From assembly GCA_947470575.1 (NCBI GenBank), contig CANITX010000002.1, positions 1 to 52,713 on the forward strand: DNA of 52,713 nucleotides, in the 5' to 3' direction. Source of the stretch: Rhodospirillales bacterium (GTDB taxonomy: Bacteria; Pseudomonadota; Alphaproteobacteria; Rhodospirillales; CAMCUA01). A program made the position numbers and the translations under genes. Shown here one piece after another: positions 26,382 to 34,398 of this stretch (within the stretch, counting starts at the first letter, position 1; the number at the start of each line of letters is the position of its first letter). Under the pieces are notes generated by a model that saw only the letters and a program-made list of their open reading frames with translations, was not told the origin of the DNA and did not search any database.

Positions 26382-27920
26382 TTACTTGAAGCTGATGCGG
26401 GCCAACGGGATCATGGCGTTCAGCGACGGATTCGGCTTGAAGACGATCCGCGGGTTGACGCGGGTGTAGCCGATCATGTGGTACAGGAGGACGTCGGCGA
26501 TGATGTCGTCGTGAATCCGGCGGAACACCTCTTCGTATAACTTGTAGCGTTCCGGGGCCGGGGTCGCGGCGGCTTTGTCGGCCAGCTCCTCCAGGTCCTT
26601 GTCGCAGGTGAAGCTCTGCGAGCCTTCGCACTTGTAACGGGTCGGCACGGAGAACACCGCGTCGCCGAAGTTATTGTCGTGCTGGCCCTGCAGCAGGGTC
26701 GGTCCACGGTTCTCGTCGTGGGGCCGGTTCAGGAGTTCGAGCCACGGCGCGCGGTCGTACATCACGAGCTTCACGTTCAAGCCAGCCGCCTTCAGCATCT
26801 GCTGGACCGCTTCCATCATTTCCGTGGCGTTCTGCCAAATGTTGACGCGGCCCTGTATCTCGATCTCCTTGGAGATGTCGACGCCGGCGGCCTTGGCTTC
26901 GGCCAGCAGCTGCTTCGCCTTCGCGAGGTCGAACTTGTAGGGCCGCTTGTCGAGCTCGTGGTTGTGGCCCGGGATAGTAGGGATGATGACCTGCGTCGCG
27001 AGCAAGGCGTCCTTGGACACGAGCCCCTTGAGCGCCTCGCGATCGATGGCATAGGTGATGGCGAGCCGCACCCGCTTGTCGTCCAACGGCTTACGGGTCG
27101 AGTCAATCCGCAGGAACGACGTCTCCGTGTTCAGGTAGCTGTGGTCGAGGGTCGGGTCGAGGGCGTCCTGCACGGCGATATTGTCGGTCAAGTCGGCCTC
27201 GCCGATCTTCACCATGGCGGCCCGCACCGCAGACTCCTTACGCCAGACATACTTGGCGCCGGCGACCTCGGGCTTCTTGCCCCAGTAGTCCTCGTTGCGC
27301 ACCACGTTGATTTCCAATCCTGGCACCCAGTTAACGAACTTGTAGGGACCGGTGCCGACGGCCGTGCGGGTAAGGCTGGCCTCCGACGCACCCGGCGCCT
27401 GCAGGGTCATCTGTGAGAGGCGGATGGGCAGGATCGGCTCGGGCTTCTCGGTGTAAATCTCGAGCGTGTAATCGTCCGGCGTCTTGAAGGTGAACTTGTC
27501 CAGGCCGAAGAATTTCGTGCGGTTGCCGCAGGCCGGGCTGACGGCGGGGTTCTGGTTGCGTTGGATGGTCTTCACGATCCCCTGGGCGGTAAACGGCTGC
27601 CCGTCGTGGTACTTGACGCCATTGCGCAGGTGGAAGCGCCAGCCTTTAGAATCAGGGGTAATCTGCTCCCATGACGTCGCCAGCAGCGGGGTGAGTTGCC
27701 CGGTGTCCGGATCCATCATAGTCAGGGTCTCGTAGAAGTTCTGCAACGCCACCCGGCCCACCGTCGACTGGCTCGTATCGCAACCGTCCACATCCGTCGG
27801 CTCGTCGGTGAGCACGATGGTTACATTCTTGTTCTGGGCTTGGGCCTGTGACAACGGCATCAGCGCCAATACGGCGGCGGCCGTCGCGGCTCCCAATGCA
27901 TACACGGGGTATCGCAACAT
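26382..27920 (-). CDS. ABC-type solute-binding protein, family 5, paralog 4
   Basis: Track ORF 26382..28064 trimmed to ATG 27920 (AGGAGC SD). Signal peptide MLRYPVYALGAATAAAVLALMPLSQAQA, nearly the same as paralog 3. Subfamily motifs RNEDYWGKKP and WRKESAVRAAMVKIGEAD are present. Confidence 0.88.
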   Translation of the reverse strand: MLRYPVYALGAATAAAVLALMPLSQAQAQNKNVTIVLTDEPTDVDGCDTSQSTVGRVALQNFYETLTMMDPDTGQLTPLLATSWEQITPDSKGWRFHLRNGVKYHDGQPFTAQGIVKTIQRNQNPAVSPACGNRTKFFGLDKFTFKTPDDYTLEIYTEKPEPILPIRLSQMTLQAPGASEASLTRTAVGTGPYKFVNWVPGLEINVVRNEDYWGKKPEVAGAKYVWRKESAVRAAMVKIGEADLTDNIAVQDALDPTLDHSYLNTETSFLRIDSTRKPLDDKRVRLAITYAIDREALKGLVSKDALLATQVIIPTIPGHNHELDKRPYKFDLAKAKQLLAEAKAAGVDISKEIEIQGRVNIWQNATEMMEAVQQMLKAAGLNVKLVMYDRAPWLELLNRPHDENRGPTLLQGQHDNNFGDAVFSVPTRYKCEGSQSFTCDKDLEELADKAAATPAPERYKLYEEVFRRIHDDIIADVLLYHMIGYTRVNPRIVFKPNPSLNAMIPLARISFK

Positions 27921-28106
27921 CTGATCTGCTCCTAGCAATTGACCTGCTTCGTCGTGAACCGTTGACGCGGCGGACGCCGGGGACCGATTGAAAGAACGAC
28001 GGATTTCGGTTGTTGCCGAATTAAAGGTATCGGCAGCCTTTGCTCTCCCCTTCGGCCGGAACATTGCCGGCCGATATTTTATGCGTTGAACGCCTTATCG
28101 CTGAGC
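27921..28106 (-). promoter_or_regulatory. Conserved ~180-nt 5' leader of SBP paralog 4 (homologous to 25787-25969)
   Basis: See 25787-25969. The hairpin here is CGGCCGG-CAAUGUU-CCGGCCG, against CGGCUG-GCAACGUU-CAGCCG in the other copy, which is a compensated base pair. Confidence 0.45.
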
Positions 28107-28135
28107 ACGATACTTGTACTGACTGCGTAAGTCAC
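28107..28135 (-). promoter_or_regulatory. Candidate promoter for SBP paralog 4 (GTGACT-N17-TATCGT)
   Basis: Minus strand: GTGACT (28135-28130), a 17-nt spacer, then TATCGT (28112-28107). Confidence 0.4.
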
Positions 28136-28212
28136 TCCGTGAACTGTCACGGGGGCCTTCGTTTCCAATGCCAGCGAGGGAAGAATTTAAGCGTGGTAGC
28201 GATATTCGGGTC

Positions 28213-28350
28213 TTAAGACTTTTTCTTGAAAAGACCCATTGGCGCAGACTTGCCTTTGGTCGGGGTAATAAACGTGGCTGCTAGGGCAACCGGCTTGGCC
28301 TTCTTCGGCTTTTTTAATTCTCGATTGCTGCGCTTTTGGCTTTTGGCCAT
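28213..28350 (-). CDS. Small lysine-rich protein (45 aa), not in ORF track
   Basis: Minus strand: GAGGAGG, then 6 nt, then an ATG at 28350 and a TAA stop at 28215-28213. Product is MAKSQKRSNRELKKPKKAKPVALAATFITPTKGKSAPMGLFKKKS. It lies 95 nt downstream of cspA on the same strand, and was too short for the track's apparent length cutoff (shortest listed ORF is 60 aa). Confidence 0.55.
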   Translation of the reverse strand: MAKSQKRSNRELKKPKKAKPVALAATFITPTKGKSAPMGLFKKKS

Positions 28351-28445
28351 GGTGGCCTCCTCGGCGCCAAACCGGCGCTGGGTTGACGGGATACATCGGG
28401 GTTGGCGGCCGAAGCCGGCAGGCCTCGGGCCTGCCGGTGAGTCGA

Positions 28446-28658
28446 TCAGTCGGCCAGCTTGAGGTTGTCAGCCGACATCTTGCCGCTCTTCTGGTCGGAG
28501 ACCAGTTCGTAACCCAGCTTCTGTCCTTCGCGCAGGTCGTCAAGACCGGCACGCTCCACAGCGCTGATGTGGACGAACGCGTCCTTGCCGCCATCATCGG
28601 GGGCAATAAAGCCGAAGCCCTTTTGGGCGTTAAACCACTTCACGGTTCCCGTCGTCAT
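28446..28658 (-). CDS. cspA: Cold-shock protein, CspA family (CSD)
   Basis: 70-aa ORF reading [34 protein letters not shown].., containing the RNP1 (KGFGFI) and RNP2 (VFVHI-like) motifs. Confidence 0.95.
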   Translation of the reverse strand: MTTGTVKWFNAQKGFGFIAPDDGGKDAFVHISAVERAGLDDLREGQKLGYELVSDQKSGKMSADNLKLAD

Positions 28659-29027
28659 GGGAACTCCTTTCTCGAATATGAGTTTTGCTTGCCCGCGAAT
28701 ATGCAGGCCGTCGAATTCGCGTTTTCAGGCAAGAAGATTGTAAGCTCGGCGCCAAAATTATTTGCGCAAGGCCAAGTCGTCTGGCCGTCTATCGACCGGA
28801 TGAAGATGGCGGTATTACAATGACAATACAAGGCGTATTCAGGACGACCATTAAATATACATAGATCGGCGGCCCAGAATATATTGGGGTGCAGATATTT
28901 TTTTATCCAAAGATTGTCGGGCTCTAATGGCGTCTGCCGGTATTCCGGATGCCGTACGCAGCGCCAGGCCGAACTTCCTCTGTGGAGGGTCGTCGTCGGT
29001 GCGCAGGGATGGGGAGCTGCGGTTCGA

Positions 29028-29864
29028 TCAGACCGGCCGTTCGCCTTTGATGCAGACGCGATAGAGCAAACGGTGCTGATTCATGTCGTAATCGTAGTTG
29101 GCCTTGTGCATGGCGGCCCGGTTGTCCCAAATCAGCAGGTCGCCCTTCCGCCATTGATGGGTGTAAAGGTATTCGGGCTTCATGGCGCGCTGGAGCAGGT
29201 CGTCCAATAGCTCCTGCGATTCCTCGGGGCTCATGCCGACGATGTTTTCGGTCTTATTCGGATTGAAGTAGATCGACTTCTGGCCATTTTCCGGATTGGT
29301 CCGCACCAGGGGATGCACGACGGGAACCACGTTCCCCGCCTTTTGCGCCTCGATGGCCAAGGCGTTGTATTTCTCCTTTACGGCGCTGCCGAGGCGGACA
29401 TTGACGGTCTTAAAGCCGTCGATGTGCCGCCGGATCTCTTCAGGCAGGGCGGCATAGCCGGCGCGCATGTTGCAAAACGCGGTGCCGCCTCCGGAATCGG
29501 GAAGTTCGAGAGCGTAAAGCGCCGTGTACTTCGGCGGGCATTCGAAATTGGTGCTGTCCGTATGCCACTTGGCGGCCGACTTGAGTGGGTTTCCCGCCTT
29601 GTCCGTAAATTGGTTGGAGACGTAATTGACGAACGGCACGCCCGGCACGCCATGCTCGGCGTAGTTCTGATCCATGGCTTCGCCGAAAAGTTGGGTGGCG
29701 GTCAGGAACTGGTTTGGGGTCAGTTCCTGATCGCGGATCACCAGCGCAATGTGCTCGACGACCGCCTGGTTGAGCAGCCGGCGCGTTGCCGCGTCGAGCG
29801 GCTGGCGCAGATCGATGCCGGTAACCTCGGCGCCGAGATGCTCGGAAAGCTTGGTTACCTGCAT
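29028..29864 (-). CDS. TauD/TfdA-family Fe(II)/2-oxoglutarate-dependent dioxygenase
   Basis: 278-aa ORF. ..LGAEVTGIDLRQPLD......L..A...H.ALVIRDQ.LTP.Q.. and the HxD iron site WHTDS. ..GGGTAFCNM..AY..LP.. and ..DLLIWDNRAAMH.A.. follow. Confidence 0.88.
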   Translation of the reverse strand: MQVTKLSEHLGAEVTGIDLRQPLDAATRRLLNQAVVEHIALVIRDQELTPNQFLTATQLFGEAMDQNYAEHGVPGVPFVNYVSNQFTDKAGNPLKSAAKWHTDSTNFECPPKYTALYALELPDSGGGTAFCNMRAGYAALPEEIRRHIDGFKTVNVRLGSAVKEKYNALAIEAQKAGNVVPVVHPLVRTNPENGQKSIYFNPNKTENIVGMSPEESQELLDDLLQRAMKPEYLYTHQWRKGDLLIWDNRAAMHKANYDYDMNQHRLLYRVCIKGERPV

Positions 29865-29898
29865 CGTCGTTCCTCCCGCGTCGATCCTGCCAGCGCAA

Positions 29899-30630
29899 TT
29901 AATCCAGATAGATGCCCGAGCGTTCCTTGAACACGGTCTCGAAGTACTCGTCGCGGTCGGCTTCCCGCTTTACGGCCCAGGTGCGGTCGATGACGGTCCT
30001 TTTGTATTCGTCGATGGCATCGGCAACCGGCGCCGCATAGGCATGCGGCACAACGACGGCGCCTTCGTTCTCCGAAGCCGTCACCAAGTCGCCCGGATGA
30101 ACGATCACGCCCCCGCAGCAGACCGGCACGTTGATTTCAAAGGGCCCCAGCTTGTGTCCGGAATAAGCGGCCGCCCCTTTGCAATAGATCGGAAAGTTCG
30201 CCGCCTTGGCGAGGGCCACGTCGCGATAGGCGCCGTTGACCATAAGGCCCTTCATCCCGCGTTCCTTGATGGCAAGGATCAGCATGTCGAAGCCACCCAG
30301 GCACCATTCGGTGAAGCCCAGGGCATCGACGACCAGCACGTCGCCGGGTTCGATCATCTGCAAGGCTTTCTTGACGCCCATGTTGTCGCCGGGCGGACAC
30401 TTCACCGTCAGCGCCGTACCGAGCAATTTGGGGGCGGGTTCGAAGAACGGGCGGATGGAAGCGTCCATGGTGTACATGCGCCCGACCTTGTCGCTGATGT
30501 CGCACAGCGGATATTTCTCGAACCGCTTGACCAGGTCAGGTGCGAGGCGCGGAAACTTTTGGCGTATTTGGATGCTGACGAGAGGATAGCGGCCACTCAT
30601 GGCCTTTCTTTTGGCGGCGTCCATGGTCAA
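29899..30630 (-). CDS. RraA-family protein (RraA / HMG-CHA aldolase / oxaloacetate decarboxylase fold)
   Basis: 243-aa ORF. ..LCDISDKVGRMYTMD..I.P......L.GTALTVKCPPGDN....KAL.MIEPGDVLVVDA.G......GG.M..LA.KERG.KG.VVNGA.RD fits the RraA-like fold family. Confidence 0.8.
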   Translation of the reverse strand: MTMDAAKRKAMSGRYPLVSIQIRQKFPRLAPDLVKRFEKYPLCDISDKVGRMYTMDASIRPFFEPAPKLLGTALTVKCPPGDNMGVKKALQMIEPGDVLVVDALGFTEWCLGGFDMLILAIKERGMKGLMVNGAYRDVALAKAANFPIYCKGAAAYSGHKLGPFEINVPVCCGGVIVHPGDLVTASENEGAVVVPHAYAAPVADAIDEYKRTVIDRTWAVKREADRDEYFETVFKERSGIYLD

Positions 30631-30773
30631 TATCGCTCCCTGTCCTGTAAAGTGGAGCCCACCGGCAGCGCGCCCGATATATGCATGCTGAAAAGGCTCC
30701 AGGTGTTTGGCCGGATCGGCAGCGGATTTAAGGCGTATTCCGCCGTCCGATCAAGCTGCCAAGGACTCCTTTT

Positions 30774-33700
30774 TCACTCTGCGGCGGTCGCCGCCAAACC
30801 GGTTCGAAGGAAGTCGGCAAGCAGCTTGGCCTGCTTGCCCCTGGCGCGTTCGGCATTTTCCGCTTTGACGTGGCCGAAGCCTTTGATGGCCTGCGGAAGG
30901 CGCGCGATCTCCACGGCGAGGGCGTGGTTGGCCGTGGTCAGCGCGGCAAGCAGATCGCCGACGGTGCGTTCGTAATCGACAATCATCCCCCGTTCCATGC
31001 GGCGTTCCTCGCTGTAGCCGAAGATATCGAACGGCGTGCCGCGCAATCCTTTCAAGCGGGCCAACAGGCGGAAAGCCGGCATCGTCCAGGCGCCGAATTC
31101 CCGTTTGAGCAGATGGCCGCTGATCGGATCGCGGCGCGAGATCAGCGGCGGCGCCATATGAAAGCCCAGGCGCACATCGCCTTCGAACTGCTCGGCGAGC
31201 TCCCTAAGGAATGTGCCGTCGGTATACAGGCGGGCGACCTCGTATTCGTCCTTGTAGGCCAACACCTGGTAATAGGTTTGGGCGACGGCAAGGGTGAGTC
31301 CGTCACGGCCTGGGGCGCGTTCCCGTTCGAGGGCGCGCACGCGCGCGACCAGTTCGGCATAGCGCCGCGCGTAAGCGGCATCCTGATACCGGGCCAGGTC
31401 GGCGGTCCGTTCGGCGATCAGGTCATCCAGCAATGCCGGCTGGGATTTGAGCCCTGGTGTCCTCAGGCAGCGCTCGACGGCGGCGCGGTCATGGGCGGCG
31501 CGGCGGCCCCATAGGAAAGCCTGTTTGTTGAAATCGACAGCGACGGCGTTGATTTCGATAGCTTGCTCGATGGCCGCCGCACTCAGCGGGATCAATCCCT
31601 GCTGAAAGGCATAGCCCGTGACGAACAGATTGGTGGCGATGGTATCGCCCATCAGGCGTCCGGCCAGGCCGCCGGCGTCGAGAAAGGTCACGGCATTGCC
31701 GCCCACCGCGCGCTCGATGCCGACGCGCAAGGCGTCGACGGGAACTATCGAATCCGGATTGCGGGTGAAATCGTCGAGGGGCGTTTCGTGGCTGTTGATC
31801 ACCGCACGGGTGAATCCGCGGCGGGCGCGAGCCAGGCCCTCGGGTCCGCCGACGGTGACGATGTCGCAACCGAGCAGCAGGCGGGCGCCGCCGGCATCGA
31901 TACGGGCCGGGCCGACATCTTCGGCGCGGGCGGCGATCTTTACGTGGCTGAAGACCGAACCGTTCTTCTGCGCCAAGCCGGCCTGGTCGAAGACGCCCGC
32001 AGCTTTGCCTTCCAGGTGCGCGGCCATGGCCAGCAGCGCGCCGACGGTGACGATGCCGGTGCCGCCGATGCCGGCGACCAGGATTCGATAGGGCTCGTCC
32101 AACGACGGTGGTACCGGTTCGGGCAGCACCGGAAATGGCCCGCCGGTATCGGCGTTCCTCGGCCGGCGCAGGCGGCCACCGTGCACGGTCACGAAACTGG
32201 GGCAAAAGCCCTTGGTGCAGGAAAAGTCCTTGTTGCAAGCAGATTGGTCGATGGCGCGCTTGCGCCCATAGGTCGTTTCCAGCGGTACGATGGCGACACA
32301 GTTGGATTGCTGGCCGCAGTCGCCGCAGCCCTCGCAGACCCTGGGGTTGATGAAGGCCTGGCGGGCCGGATCGGCAAGCCGGCCACGCTTGCGCCGGCGG
32401 CGCTTTTCGGCGGCGCATGTTTGGTCGTAAAGCAGCACCGAAACGCCTGGCCACTCGCGCAGCTCCCGCTGTACAGCATCGAGATCGTCGCGGTGGTGGA
32501 TGCTGGTCCCTGCAGCGAAGGCGGCGGAGGAATGACGCGTCGGGTCCTCGGCGACAACGGCGATGCGCTCGATGCCTTCGGCGGCAAGCTGAGCGGCCAA
32601 TTGCGCGACACTCAGCTGCCCGTCCATGGGCTGGCCCCCGGTCATCGCCACGGCATCGTTGTAGAGCAGCTTATAGGTCATGCTGACGCCGGCGGCGACG
32701 GCGGCGCGGATGGCCATTACCCCGGAATGGAAATAGGTGCCGTCGCCCATGTTGGCGAAAATGTGCGGTTCGTCGACGAACGGCGCGCGACCGATCCAAT
32801 TGGCGCCCTCGGCGCCCATATGGGTGAAGGTGGCTGTGCTGCGGTCCATCCACAGCGCCATGGTCGAACAGCCGATACCGGCAATCGCCTGCGAACCCTC
32901 CGGCACCTTGGTCGAGGAGTTATGCGGGCAGCCGGCGCAGAAATAGGGCATGCGCTTAAGATTGGGGCCGCCGATGCCCACGCCACGCTCACGCAGCCGC
33001 TCGGCGCGCTCGGCAAAGCTGTCGACGCCAAAGCGCTGCAGACGGATCGCGATGGCCAGCACCACGTCGCGCGGTGTGAGTTCGGCCGTCGACGACATCA
33101 ACGGCCTGCCGTGCTCGTCGGTCTTACCGACGACCCGAGGGCGCCGGTCGGCGGGCAGGTGGTAAAGCTGTTCCTTGATCTGGTTTTCCAGGAAGGCGCG
33201 TTTTTCTTCGATCACCAAGAGTTCATCGAGGCCCTCGGCAAAGCGGCGGATGCCCTCGGGTTCGAGCGGCCAGGGAACGCCCACCTTATAAACGGCCAGC
33301 CCGATGGCCTGGGCCGCCTGTTCGTCGATGCCGAGTTCGGCCAATCCCTGCATCACATCGACATAAGCCTTACCGGTACTGACGATGCCCAGGCGTGCCC
33401 CCGCCATGCCCAAGGCCCGGCGGTCGAGACCATTGGCGCGGACGAAAGCGCGGACGGCGGGTAGCTTGAATCGATGCAGGCGTTCTTCCGGGGCGCGGAA
33501 ATCTTCGGGCCAACGGATGCCGAGGCCGCCCGGCGGCAGTTCGATGTCGTCAGGCAAGGCGATCGGTGCCCGTCCGGGGCCAACTTGTATGGTGGTGGTG
33601 GTGTCGACCGTATCGGCGACGGCCTTCAACGATGTCCAGCAGCCGGAAAACCGCGACATTGCCCAGGCATACAGGCCGAAATCGAGCACCTCCTGTACCC

Positions 33701-34226
33701 CGGCCGGATTGAAGATCGGGATCTGGGCGTCGAGCATGGCGAATTCGCTGGCGCTGGGGATGGTCGAAGATTGGCAGCCGGGGTCGTCGCCGAAGACCAG
33801 CAGAACACCGCCGTAGGGCGCCGTGCCGGCCATATTGCCGTGGCGGAAGGCATCGCCCGACCGATCGACACCCGGCCCCTTGCCATACCACATGGCGAAT
33901 ACGCCGTCGTAACGGGCGCCGGGGAACAAATTGGTCTGCTGCGTTCCCCAGACTGCGGTGGCCGCCAGCTCTTCGTTGACGGCGGGATGGAGGCGCACGT
34001 GATGGGCTTCGAGAAACGTTGCGGCGCGGGTCATCGCCCGGTCGACGCCGCCCAAAGGCGAGCCGCGATAGCCGGTGACGTAGCCGGCCGTATTGTGTCC
34101 CGCCGCCATGTCGCGCTGGCGCTGCGCGAGGGTCAGGCGGACCAAGGCCTGCGTGCCGGTCATCAGTACGCGGCCTTCGTTGAGGGCATACTTGTCCTCA
34201 AGGGTGACGTTGCCCAGGCCACCCAT
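30774..34226 (-). CDS. Indolepyruvate:ferredoxin oxidoreductase family protein (fused alpha/beta, 2-oxoacid:ferredoxin oxidoreductase)
   Basis: Track ORF 30774..34367, with the start set at ATG 34226 (MGGLGNVTLEDKYALNEGRVLMTGTQALVRL.. = typical IOR N-terminus). The TPP-binding region reads ..GCSTMALWMD..GDGTYFHSG.. and the ferredoxin-type cysteine cluster reads CEGCGDCGQQSNC. The start is uncertain: a strong GGGGAGGA at 34271-34278 is followed 8 nt later only by CTG 34262. The 633-aa + ORF 31563..33464 is an antisense shadow. Confidence 0.88.
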   Translation of the reverse strand: MGGLGNVTLEDKYALNEGRVLMTGTQALVRLTLAQRQRDMAAGHNTAGYVTGYRGSPLGGVDRAMTRAATFLEAHHVRLHPAVNEELAATAVWGTQQTNLFPGARYDGVFAMWYGKGPGVDRSGDAFRHGNMAGTAPYGGVLLVFGDDPGCQSSTIPSASEFAMLDAQIPIFNPAGVQEVLDFGLYAWAMSRFSGCWTSLKAVADTVDTTTTIQVGPGRAPIALPDDIELPPGGLGIRWPEDFRAPEERLHRFKLPAVRAFVRANGLDRRALGMAGARLGIVSTGKAYVDVMQGLAELGIDEQAAQAIGLAVYKVGVPWPLEPEGIRRFAEGLDELLVIEEKRAFLENQIKEQLYHLPADRRPRVVGKTDEHGRPLMSSTAELTPRDVVLAIAIRLQRFGVDSFAERAERLRERGVGIGGPNLKRMPYFCAGCPHNSSTKVPEGSQAIAGIGCSTMALWMDRSTATFTHMGAEGANWIGRAPFVDEPHIFANMGDGTYFHSGVMAIRAAVAAGVSMTYKLLYNDAVAMTGGQPMDGQLSVAQLAAQLAAEGIERIAVVAEDPTRHSSAAFAAGTSIHHRDDLDAVQRELREWPGVSVLLYDQTCAAEKRRRRKRGRLADPARQAFINPRVCEGCGDCGQQSNCVAIVPLETTYGRKRAIDQSACNKDFSCTKGFCPSFVTVHGGRLRRPRNADTGGPFPVLPEPVPPSLDEPYRILVAGIGGTGIVTVGALLAMAAHLEGKAAGVFDQAGLAQKNGSVFSHVKIAARAEDVGPARIDAGGARLLLGCDIVTVGGPEGLARARRGFTRAVINSHETPLDDFTRNPDSIVPVDALRVGIERAVGGNAVTFLDAGGLAGRLMGDTIATNLFVTGYAFQQGLIPLSAAAIEQAIEINAVAVDFNKQAFLWGRRAAHDRAAVERCLRTPGLKSQPALLDDLIAERTADLARYQDAAYARRYAELVARVRALERERAPGRDGLTLAVAQTYYQVLAYKDEYEVARLYTDGTFLRELAEQFEGDVRLGFHMAPPLISRRDPISGHLLKREFGAWTMPAFRLLARLKGLRGTPFDIFGYSEERRMERGMIVDYERTVGDLLAALTTANHALAVEIARLPQAIKGFGHVKAENAERARGKQAKLLADFLRTGLAATAAE

Positions 34227-34398
34227 GCCCAAAACATTTGCCTCAGTCGTTGTCGGTACCAGCGTCTTTTTCCTCCCCTGTCCCGCCCCGCGCTGCGCGC
34301 GTAAGGCAGGCCTCCCGTTGGGGATAGCACCCAGCATCAACGTAATCGTCGGCTCGCCCGGCAGCAACAGGCGGCGTTTGTACGCCGCCGGCCGCCGG

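Noticed and set aside
28187-28606. 139-aa minus-strand ORF spanning the cspA 3' half and the small lysine-rich ORF region.
   Set aside because: It is out of frame with cspA, whose CSD motifs are unambiguous. It has shadow-like composition (Pro/Arg/Thr-rich). The 45-aa ORF with a strong SD explains the downstream part better.
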